A stretch of 64,000 nucleotides of DNA from an uncultured Chthonomonadaceae bacterium (GTDB lineage Bacteria > Armatimonadota > Chthonomonadetes > Chthonomonadales > Chthonomonadaceae), in assembly GCA_963817895.1 (NCBI GenBank), contig CAWFQB010000005.1:288001-352000 (forward strand). Direction: 5' to 3'. This document shows positions 22,001 to 31,077 of this stretch, piece after piece. The position numbers and the translations under genes were made by a program. Position 1 is the first letter of the stretch. Every line of letters starts with the position of its first letter. The notes under the pieces were generated by a model. That model saw only the letters and a list, made by a program, of their open reading frames with translations, made no database searches and was not told the origin of the DNA.

Positions 22001-22449
22001 GAGAAAAAGTGTCTGTCTCAACGGGAGATAAGTACATCTATGGCAAACCCGACGTAGACAGGGATGTGATTGCGGCTGTCATGAACTCCTCGTTGTTCTA
22101 CTGGTTTTAAATCAATTATAGTGATGGACACAACTTCACGAAGCACGTCATTGGTTCAATGCCGTTTGTGTACCCAAACGAAGACGTGCTGTGTCAGTTA
22201 AAGTCCGTCTGTTCGTTGTTGATGAGTGACCTCCAAAAGAACGCCCGTCGTAAAACTGCCAACTATAAGGCAACGGGACAAGTCATCTATGATGAGTTCG
22301 TACCTAAGCATAGTAAATCGATCATTGACAAGATAGACCGGGTGCTGGCGAAGCATTACGGGTTTACGGACGCGGAACTCGATTTCATCCTGAATTACGA
22401 CATCAAGTATCGCATGGGGCGTGGGGGCGAGGACGGGGCGGACGGGTGA
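19071..22449 (+). pseudogene. Eco57I/type IIG-like N6-adenine DNA methyltransferase with C-terminal target-recognition region; multiple frameshifts plus an in-frame TAA at 22108-22110
   Basis: VPYLNGGLF, INPDVLGYIFEKYIN, GAYYTKEDIT, VLDPTVGSGAFL (motif I), GGFDVIIGNPPY (motif IV) and C-terminal IDKIDRVLAKHYGFT..ELDFI.NYDIKYRMG. Confidence 0.88.
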
Positions 22450-22463
22450 GCGGGGGAACGGGG

Positions 22464-22701
22464 GTTTCTACCCTCATCCGGCCTCCGGCCACCTTCTCCC
22501 TGCAAGGGAGAAGGCAAATGTGGAAGTCTGGTGGGTTATGTTGGGGATGGGAGAGTGTAATAGTTTTGAGTGCGGGGCGTTTGTTTGGGGAATGTGGAAG
22601 TCTTGCGCTTGTAAGAAAGGTATTATTAACGCACCCAACTACCACATTAGCCTTCTCCCTTGCAGGGAGAAGGTGGCCGGAGGCCGGATGAGGGTAGAAA
22701 C
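22464..22701. repeat. Inverted pair of 52-bp REP-like palindromic units (REPIN-like), left of DUF559
   Basis: GTTTCTACCCTCATCCGGCCTCCGGCCACCTTCTCCCTGCAAGGGAGAAGGC at 22464-22515 and its exact reverse complement at 22650-22701. Confidence 0.92.
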
Positions 22702-22804
22702 TCCCAATCGCGAGACAACTTCCAGCATCCCTCTCCAGTTCCAAACACGCGCAGGGTAGAGGCTTCCAGTTACGAGACAACCCTCTGCCGGGAAAGACAA
22801 CCTC

Positions 22805-23194
22805 ATGCCCGACGAGAAACGCCTGCGCATCCAGCCACAACTCACCGAACGCGCCCGCCAGTTCCGCAGGCCCCTCACGCCCATGGAAACCCGTCTGTGG
22901 ACACATCTGCGCGACCGTAAATGCGACGGATACAAATTCCGCCGTCAGGTGGTACTCGACAAATATATCGCGGATTTCTACTGCGCGTCCGCCCGCCTGC
23001 TCGTGGAAGTGGACGGCAGCTCGCACAACGGCACGGTCGAGCGCGACACCGCCCGTGACGAATGGCTCGCCCTGCGCGGCCACCACACCCTGCGCGTCAC
23101 CAATACCGACGTGCGCGACAACCTCCCCGTCGTCCTTACCCTCATCGCCCAAACCTGCGCCCATCTGGAACCGACCCCCGCCGCGCAACCATAA
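22805..23194 (+). CDS. DUF559 / Vsr-like endonuclease domain protein
   Basis: ARQFRR..TPME..LW..LR, YKFRRQ, YIADFYC, LLVEVDGSSH, DTARDEWL and LRVTN.DV. Confidence 0.92.
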   Translation: MPDEKRLRIQPQLTERARQFRRPLTPMETRLWTHLRDRKCDGYKFRRQVVLDKYIADFYCASARLLVEVDGSSHNGTVERDTARDEWLALRGHHTLRVTNTDVRDNLPVVLTLIAQTCAHLEPTPAAQP

Positions 23195-23197
23195 GCC

Positions 23198-23390
23198 TCT
23201 ACCCTCATCCGGCCTTCGGCCACCTTCTCCCTGCAAGGGAGAAGGCCAAACTGTTAAATGCGCGGTTAAACAGAAACCGGGCAAAAATGAAAAATCCTAC
23301 GCCTGAACTAACCCCACATCCAACCCACCAGACTCCCAATTTAGCCTTCTCCCTTGCAGGGAGAAGGTGGCCCCCGACGGATGAGGGTAG
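23198..23390. repeat. Second inverted pair of the same REP-like unit, right of DUF559
   Basis: Forward copy 23198-23246 and a slightly degenerate reverse copy 23344-23390. Confidence 0.9.
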
Positions 23391-23685
23391 CCCCCTCCAA
23401 TTTCCAAAAAACTTCTTGGAGATACTTCTAAAATCCCGGTCGAATGTAAATATACCAGGATTGCCAGAACAGAATACCGTCCCCACAAACAAGGAAGGGA
23501 GGTGAAGCCGATGCCTGTCCACATCGGCGCGCCTTAACACTTTCGAGGTCACGACGCCTCTACCTAAAAACTTGACACAATGAGACCGAGTGCTGGAAGC
23601 GCTGCATTGCCACTATTTCGACAACGTCTCTACATATTTCTCCCTTTTAGCCAACGCCCTGCTGGAGAAAGCAGATCGGCAACTG

Positions 23686-24459
23686 TCACCGAAAGCCATT
23701 TGCCAGCGAGCCGATAACCAGCGTCCAGCCATTCGCGAGGACAAACAATAGCAGCTTGGCGGGCAGGCTGAACGTGGTGGGCGGAACCATCATCATGCCC
23801 ATGCTCATCAGGGTACTCGCGATCACCATGTCTATCACCAGAAACGGCAGATAGATGTAGAATCCGATGATGAACGCGGTTTTCAGTTCGCTGCTAATGA
23901 ACGCGGGAATTACGGTCATAATGCTGATGTCGTCCACTGTGTTGGGGCGCGGCGCATGGGACAGCTTCAGGAAGAACGTCATGTCACTGGTGTACGTTTG
24001 CCGCAGCATGAACCCGCGCAAAGGCTTTTCCGCTTTGTCCAGCGCGACCGGCAGCGTGATTTTGTTGGCGAAGTAGGGCTGCAAAGCATCGTCGTTGATT
24101 TTGCCCAGTGTCGGCTGCATCACGAAAAACGTCAGGAACAGCGACAGTCCGACCACAATCTGATTCGGCGGAATCTGCGGCGTTCCAAGCGCGGAGCGCA
24201 GGATAGAAAACACGATGATGATGCGCGTAAACGCCGTCGTCATAATCAGAATGGACGGGGCCAGCGTCAAAATCGTCATCATCATCAGGATTTGCAGCGT
24301 GACCGCGACATCCTTCGGGTTCTGCGACGTGCCGACACCGAGTTGAATTTTGGGCATCGCCATGTTCTGCGCATACGCCTGCGTCAGCGAGGCGAACAGG
24401 CAAAACAGAATTGCAAAGCACAGCGCCAACAGTTTCGATTTAGAAAGTTTCGTTTTCAA
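23686..24459 (-). CDS. fliP: Flagellar export pore protein FliP
   Basis: LAPSILIMTTAFTRIIIV, PPNQI, PAFISSELKTAF and MGMMMVPP. Confidence 0.97.
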   Translation of the reverse strand: MKTKLSKSKLLALCFAILFCLFASLTQAYAQNMAMPKIQLGVGTSQNPKDVAVTLQILMMMTILTLAPSILIMTTAFTRIIIVFSILRSALGTPQIPPNQIVVGLSLFLTFFVMQPTLGKINDDALQPYFANKITLPVALDKAEKPLRGFMLRQTYTSDMTFFLKLSHAPRPNTVDDISIMTVIPAFISSELKTAFIIGFYIYLPFLVIDMVIASTLMSMGMMMVPPTTFSLPAKLLLFVLANGWTLVIGSLANGFR

Positions 24460-25733
24460 TCGTCAATCTCCACTTCCCGCGCCGTCCGCAAACGGCGCGC
24501 GTTGTTGCCGACGCTCTGGCCGGTTTCGCGCATCAGGTCTTCCAGCGTGGACACGGCGGCAGTCGCGGGCAGGTCCTCCTGCTCATAGTCCAGCGCGTCC
24601 ATATCGGCGGCGGCGGCATGAAGCAGGTCGCGAAAATCGCCGGAACCCGCGCTTTCGTTCTGTTCAAATTCGGCCAGCAGGTTTAAGCCTGTGGGGGACG
24701 CCCCCAACAAAAACACGCGCCCGCGCACTTCCAGCAGATGCACGTTCGCGCCCCCGATGGGCATGCTTTCCAGCAGGCGAAGGCTGCTTCCCGCCGCTTT
24801 GCGCGCGTTGTTCAGGTGGAACCCGCCCACCAGCGCGTTCCAGATGCCGCCCGAACCCCGGTTTTGCCTGCCCTGCGCTTTGCCGCCTGTGGTTCGAGAA
24901 GCGGCGGTCAGCGCGGCCGGCAAGCGTCCCGTCTTCGCCCTGAAATCGCTGCAACAATTTCAAGCAACCCATAATTACCAGCAGAACCGGCAGCAGGTAC
25001 GCGATCATCTTCCACGAGTCGCCCACAGATGCCATCGGGTTATCCTGCGTGTGGTCGCCCGTAGATTTACCATTCAAAATGGGATCATCGGGGGCAAAGG
25101 TGTCGGGTTTAGTCTGCGCCAGTAAGGAGGGAGTTTCGATTTTCGATTGTTCGATTGTCGATTTTCGATTGGGGATTGGGGGCGGGTTGCAGTGTTTGGC
25201 ATGTTGGCTGCGCTTGTAATCGGTTTTGCGCTTGCAGCAGTGGGCGCGGGGACAGGGGCGGGAACGGAAGACAGCGCGGAAGGGGGCGCGGGAACCGTCG
25301 CCGAATTCGGAGCAGAGGACGGCGCAGCGGCTGTTGGCGTTGACGCCGAAATGGCAGGCGGCGCAGGTTTGGCGGCGACAGGCGCCGGAGTCGGCGTCCG
25401 CGGACGCGGCTGGTATGTACAGGAGCGGACGCAGACTTGATGGACGCAGGCGAGGTTGGCGTCAAACCTCCTCCGGCGGGCGCGGAAGCAGAGGATGGCG
25501 ACGGCGTTGTTTTGTTTGCTTTGGGCGCGGAAGTAACAGCGGATGCCGCCCATGTTTGGCAAGCCAGTTTTTGCGCCACTCCTGCGCCCATTTCTCGTTG
25601 CGTGGGAACGGGGATGGGAAGGGGCTTGCGCGTTTGCCGGCAAGCCGCTCACCACAACCGCAAGCGGCAGCATCAGAGCAGCCGTTCTAACCGCCACTCG
25701 CAAATCCACAATCGGCAATCGGCAATCAAACAA
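24456..25733 (-). CDS. fliO: FliO/FliZ-like protein with long Pro/Ala-rich N-terminal region; frameshifted, start uncertain
   Basis: TM segment YLLPVLLVIMGCL, then LRLLESMPIGG..VHLLEVRGRVFLLGAS...LNLLAE. Lies between fliN and fliP. Confidence 0.7.
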
Positions 25734-25763
25734 TCAACAATCGGAAATCGGTTTGCATCGGAC

Positions 25764-26767
25764 TTAACGGCCCTTTCCCAGCCCGGCAAGGCGATCCGCG
25801 TGGCTGACGATTTCCGTCAGGCGAATTCCGAAGTTGTCCTCGATAACCACCACTTCGCCTTTGGCAACCAGCCGTCCGTTGACCAGCAAATCTACCGGTT
25901 CGCCCGCCACCCGGTCAAGTTCCACGATAGACCCCATCGCCAGTTCCAGCACATCTTTAATCAGCATCCGCACCCGGCCCAATTCCACAGTGACATCCAG
26001 CGGAATGTCCATAATCATGTCCATGCCGCGCGGCATAACGCTTTCGGAAGAGGTTGGGAAATTGGCAAAATGGCGGCGCGCTGCCACCCCCCACTGGCAT
26101 GCCCCCCGGCATACCGGGAGCCGCCCCACCCAGGCCACCGATGTCATTGAGCATGGCCGCCAGATCGTCTTCGCTCAAGCCGTCGCCCTCGGCTCCGTTC
26201 GACGGCGCGGCAGCCAGGCTGCGCGCCCATTCGGGCGTGACCAGCAGCGTGGCTTCGGCCTCATGCAGTCCGACAATGGAAAGCGAAAGATGCGCTTCGA
26301 TAATGTCGCCGTCCAGCGCGAACACGGGCGGGAGCAGCAGCGGGCCAGCCTGCGTGTTGCACGACTCCACTTCCACGTTTTCCCCGGAACGGGCGGCCAG
26401 CAGGGTCGCCACACTGCGGATGCTGCTTTGCATGGCGGCAGTCAGCAGTTTTAGTTGTGCCTCGTCCAGCGTTTCTTCCGGTTCGCTGCCATCCTTGCCC
26501 GCCATCAGGTCGGCAAAAACAAGCGCGGTGGGAAGCGACAGCAGCAGCAGGCTCTCCGCGCCGAACGGCTGGCCCAGACTGAAGACGGTGGACAGCATAC
26601 TCTCTGTCCGCATCATCACGTCCTGCATGGGAACGGTCGCTACCTGCTCCACGCTGATGGTAAGGTCATTATTGAGAGAGTTCGGAAAGCGTCATCGCCA
26701 GACTGACCGTCAATCCGGCCAGAGGCTCCTGAAACGCGCTTAATTCGCTATTGGAAAGTTTGGACAT
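25764..26767 (-). CDS. fliN: Flagellar motor switch FliN/FliY-type protein (CheC-like + SpoA domain); frameshifts near 26670 and 26050
   Basis: C-terminal IMDIPLDVTVELGR...VDLLVNGRLVAKGEVVVIEDNFGIRLTEI. ATG 26767 follows GGAG. Confidence 0.85.
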
Positions 26768-26862
26768 GGGGAAACTCCAGGGAGTAGGGGAGCGAGGGAA
26801 AATGGGCTGATTTGCAGTAGGAAGGGAATTTTCTTACTCCCCATTCCCTGCTCCCTACTCCC

Positions 26863-27920
26863 TCATCCCTTCTCTTCCGTGCTGATGCGGCTGATGTGAA
26901 CCGCCAGTTTTTTGCCGCGCACGCCGGGATTGGCGTGGAATTTGAGGTTATTGTCTATTAGCACGTCTACTTCTTCGTCCTTCAGGCGATCCAGCGTCAC
27001 CACATCGCCGACCTGCAAGTTCAGCAGATGCTCGACGGAAATCTCCGTGCTGCCCAGGCGGACGGCGCAGGTGATGCAGGTTTTTTCCAGGCGACGGGCC
27101 AGGACGCCCGCGTATTTGCCCGTGTTCTTTTTGATACTGCTGGAAAACCACCGCTGCGCGCTGAGTTTGGACGTGATGGGTTTAAGCAGCAGATAGGGGA
27201 TGCAGATGCTCATGGCTCCGCGCTGTTCGCCCACTTTGATTTCGAACAGAATGGACACGACAACATCATTGGGCGGCACGATTTGCACGAACTGCGCCTG
27301 CGTCTCCATAATCTCGCGCTTGGGCGTGAACTGCGCGATGCCCTCCCACGCGGTATGAAAATCCTGCAGGGCGCGATTGATGATGCTTTCCGTCAGCGCT
27401 TTTTCGATGTCGGTCAGCGCGCTGTTCGCTTTCACCATGCTGCCCGGCCCGCCGAGCAAACGGTCAATCATGGACAGAATGATGTTGAATTCCATCTCCA
27501 GAATGGCCTGTCCCGCAAGCGGGGCCATGCTGAACACGTTGATGATACTGCTGTTCAGCGAACGCATGTACTCGTCGTAGGGGATCTGCTCGACAGAGAC
27601 AAGGTCTACGTGGGTGGGAACGCGCAGGTACGCGGACAGGGAACTGGCGAACAGCCGCGCAAAGGTTTCATGCAGCATTTGCAGGGTGCGCAGTTGATCT
27701 TTCGCGAACTTGTCGGGGCGGCGGAAATCGTACATTTCGTACGCCACCGGACCGCGTATTTCGCGCTTGGCGGAGGAAGCGAACGCGGGAGCGGATGCGG
27801 GAGAGGCGCGCGCGTTTCTGCTCGATGGGCGCATTCGCCGGGAGCGGCAGAATCATTTGAATCGCCAGTCAGCGACGCCAGCAGCGCCTCGATTTCAGCC
27901 TGGGAAAGTATTTCAGCCAA
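26863..27920 (-). CDS. fliM: Flagellar motor switch protein FliM; frameshifted in the 5' linker
   Basis: N-terminal ILSQAEIEALL (CheY-binding), YDFRRPDKFAKDQLRTL and DRLLGG.G. Confidence 0.95.
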
Positions 27921-28166
27921 CGGGGTTCCTTCACAATGGATGCGGTAACGGTTCAGTGTAACGGTTTCAATGCAGAGGGCGAGCGGGAGAGAACAGGGAT
28001 GCCGCGCAAAGGCCCGGTTTGCGAGTTCGCGTATTGTCCCTACTCATTGTCGGCGCGATGAGGAGGTAACTTAAGGCCGAATTTGGAGAAAAAGCGGAAG
28101 GTGAAGAACGGAAGCAGAACGAATCAAGTAAATCAGATAGGAGAATAAAACGAGGTTTCAACGAAC

Positions 28167-28961
28167 ATGTCTTCTATATCTTCAGAATCCGATGAACGAT
28201 TAAAAAGGTGGCTGGCGCAAATTCCGCGCCACGTCAAAATACAAAGAGCCACCAAGTTTTGCGCTTGTTGCGCAGCCGTCGCGCTTGTTGTCACAGGAGG
28301 TTCTAAACATCACGCTGACAGGGGATGGAACTACGATTTATTCGCGTTCTGCCTGTGTGCCAGCGCAATAGCATTGATGTATGTACACGGTTTCAGCATT
28401 GTTGTTGTGAGCAGGGGATGTAAACTTCTAAAGTCGCGCAATCATGCTGAGATGCCGGGGGCGGTTGGGTGTCTGTGCGAAGCGTTTGCCCTTGAAAACT
28501 TTACGCAGGGCAAACGATCCATAAACCCGCTGGCTGATGCGGTTTGTTTCGCGCTGGTGAAATCCCTGCCCCACCTGCAAACAAAGGAATGGGAAGAGCT
28601 GACCCCACACCAACGCTCTTGTTTGCACAACATTTTATACATCGGCAACAAGACGCCGGTTGAACAGCTATATGGGATGCGATTGGTACATGCCGTGCTG
28701 TCCACGTTAGAGCGTGTCGGGGATGAAACCTCCCTGAGCCACGTACAGAATGTTGCGGAACAAACAGTAAATCCCTATTTACGGCAGCTTGCTTTGGACA
28801 GCGCGGCAAGTATACAGGCGCGGGTTCAGCGCGATGAGTCCTCTCAATCGCTATTGCGCCCCTCAGCATCTGCGGCTTCTTTAGACACTCTGTTACGCCC
28901 TGCTTCCGGCACAACGCAGCCAAAACCGGAAGCAGCCAACCAACTGTTGCGGCCCCTGTAA
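28167..28961 (+). CDS. Membrane protein with HEAT-like helices and triple LLRP tail (paralog 1)
   Basis: Two N-terminal hydrophobic segments, LERVGDETSL.HV and LLRP x3. Confidence 0.75.
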   Translation: MSSISSESDERLKRWLAQIPRHVKIQRATKFCACCAAVALVVTGGSKHHADRGWNYDLFAFCLCASAIALMYVHGFSIVVVSRGCKLLKSRNHAEMPGAVGCLCEAFALENFTQGKRSINPLADAVCFALVKSLPHLQTKEWEELTPHQRSCLHNILYIGNKTPVEQLYGMRLVHAVLSTLERVGDETSLSHVQNVAEQTVNPYLRQLALDSAASIQARVQRDESSQSLLRPSASAASLDTLLRPASGTTQPKPEAANQLLRPL

Positions 28962-29040
28962 GTGGCGTAGGGAACAGCGTTGACAGGTAGGATCACACTG
29001 CTGGAATGATGTTACAGAGTTATGGGAAACAGGGGCTGCT

Positions 29041-29988
29041 ATGAACAATTTACTTCCTGTTGTACGTTCAAAACATACAATGAAGCCGTCACAATCCACG
29101 CCGACAGCATTCGCCAGAGTTGGGCGAGCTATTAGCCTACAGAAGTTATCCACACAGGCTTTCCTTGTATGGTTTATGTCTAACTTGATCTATACCGTTT
29201 ATACGATAGGAAGCCCAAAACCATACATTCCTTCCCACTCTAACCCGTTCCTTTTAACTTTGTTTGCCTTTTTGACCTTGAAGACCGCTCTCGCAATACG
29301 CATCAACATATTGTTTCAAGGGAACCATCTTTCGGATGAAATCGAATATATAGACGATCCGAAATACCTCGGCTGCCTGCTTGATGTGATAGATACCGCG
29401 AATACGGAGAAGCGCACCTCCCTGTTGTCTGAGCGAGGAGTTCCCGATGCTATCCATAATGCTGTCAAACGCTTGTTGCGCCAGATGGATGAGGAAGATT
29501 TGTCTGCGCTGAATAGCCGACAGCGGATGCAGTTGTTTAAGCTTCTTTTGCCTGCCCACAATCTTAACCTGGAAAAGCGCTACGATCCTCAATTAGCGCT
29601 CATTCTTCTCAGAGTTTTAGAAAGAATGAGAACCCATGAGGCCCTCCCTTATGTGCGCCGGCTTGCTAAACGATCTGACATGCAATTAGCGCTTCGCGCA
29701 ACGGCTCAACAATGCCAGGCTTGTTTGGAGGAGAGGCTGGCGCAACTGCAAACGGATCAAATGCTCCTGCGTCCATCAGCCGCTTCCACACCTCCCGATA
29801 TGTTGCTGCGTCCCGCTTCCGGCACAACGCAAATACAGTTTGAAACGGCAACACAACTGTTGCGCTCTTCCATAGAGGAAGCGTCTTGCGCCTCAAACTA
29901 TGACAATGCGTTTTTGCGTGACATTGAACTGGCCCCGCTGCAAGAGCCGACGCAAAACGCGCAGATTGGACAGCGGGCCGATGCGTAG
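29041..29988 (+). CDS. Membrane protein with HEAT-like helices and LLRP tail (paralog 2)
   Basis: Two TM segments, LGCLLD, AVKRLLRQM and LLRP-LLRP-LLRS. Confidence 0.75.
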   Translation: MNNLLPVVRSKHTMKPSQSTPTAFARVGRAISLQKLSTQAFLVWFMSNLIYTVYTIGSPKPYIPSHSNPFLLTLFAFLTLKTALAIRINILFQGNHLSDEIEYIDDPKYLGCLLDVIDTANTEKRTSLLSERGVPDAIHNAVKRLLRQMDEEDLSALNSRQRMQLFKLLLPAHNLNLEKRYDPQLALILLRVLERMRTHEALPYVRRLAKRSDMQLALRATAQQCQACLEERLAQLQTDQMLLRPSAASTPPDMLLRPASGTTQIQFETATQLLRSSIEEASCASNYDNAFLRDIELAPLQEPTQNAQIGQRADA

Positions 29989-30067
29989 ATCACGTTTTGG
30001 CAGGCGGAGGGATAGACGTTAGAGGAACAACGCGCTTGACCGGGATACGGCCCGCGTTCTGAAACAA

Positions 30068-30964
30068 TTGCAATGGCTTGGGCGTCAGCGCAATATCATA
30101 CCATTGGCATGGCTCACTTTCCTGGGCGGCGGATTAGTTGTAAGTCTATACGAATATTGGCGACATTTGACGCATGATAATCCTGTTAATCATGTTTATT
30201 TTGCGGCTATCATGAGTTTAATGCTTGCCAGCTTTATTCTCTTTCAGCTCTCTTACTTTGATGTCGCCAGACGCACCGCTATCATCTCCGTTCTGGATGA
30301 GATTGACGACATGCAGGCGCTGGGAGCGCTTGTAGACGCTTTAGATGTCGTCAACACCCGAACCAATTCGGGACTTAAATCTCCCGCTTTTGACGGGAAG
30401 CGAGATGTGCCGAATGGGGTTTCGGATGCGGTAAAAAGGCTGCTGCGGCAGATGCAGCCGGAAGATGTCTGCTATCTGAACGGCAGGCAGTACACGAGGC
30501 TGCATCGCGCCCTGTTCCCGATCTTATCTCCGTATGGGTTCCGAACAATCTACGATACCTTCCTCGCCTTGCAAGTCGTTCGGGTATTGGGGCGTATCGG
30601 CAATCGGGAATCCCTCTCCTACCTGAATCGTCTTATCAAGGCTCGTGATACGGAAGATCAGATGCGGGAAGAAGCGCAGAAAAGTCTGGCGTTGATTCAG
30701 GAGCGTCTGGCCCAACAGCAGCAAGCGAGCGACGTTCTGCTGCGTCCGTCTACGGCGATGGAGTTGCCTGAAATACTGCTGCGCCCGGTTTCCGACAGTT
30801 ACCAGGCCAACCCCGAAGCGGAAAAACTGCTGCGCCCCTCCTCCAACGTTTCTTCTATCGCAAACCGCGATAACGCCTTTTTGCAAAATTATGAGCCGCT
30901 CCTGCCGCAAACGCCCGCGCAGCAGGTACAAATCGGCACACAAACAACAGAAAACGAGCCATGA
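30068..30964 (+). CDS. Membrane protein with HEAT-like helices and triple LLRP tail (paralog 3)
   Basis: Two TM segments, LGALVDAL, AVKRLLRQM and LLRP x3. Confidence 0.75.
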   Translation: MQWLGRQRNIIPLAWLTFLGGGLVVSLYEYWRHLTHDNPVNHVYFAAIMSLMLASFILFQLSYFDVARRTAIISVLDEIDDMQALGALVDALDVVNTRTNSGLKSPAFDGKRDVPNGVSDAVKRLLRQMQPEDVCYLNGRQYTRLHRALFPILSPYGFRTIYDTFLALQVVRVLGRIGNRESLSYLNRLIKARDTEDQMREEAQKSLALIQERLAQQQQASDVLLRPSTAMELPEILLRPVSDSYQANPEAEKLLRPSSNVSSIANRDNAFLQNYEPLLPQTPAQQVQIGTQTTENEP

Positions 30965-31077
30965 CGAGCAGCGCGGAATAGAGCAGCGTGGCTGTCTTCT
31001 ACCTTCTGTATTCTATCTCTGTCTTCCACCCTCTTTTTGCAGGATTGCCCGTTTCCCCTGTCGAACTAAACGGCACT

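Noticed and set aside
13922..22449. Calling the locus DISARM or BREX
   Set aside because: No drmA/drmB (DUF1998) or pglZ/brxC genes are visible.
22464..23390. Possible CRISPR array
   Set aside because: Copies alternate in orientation, spacing is irregular (about 100-500 bp) and no cas genes are present.
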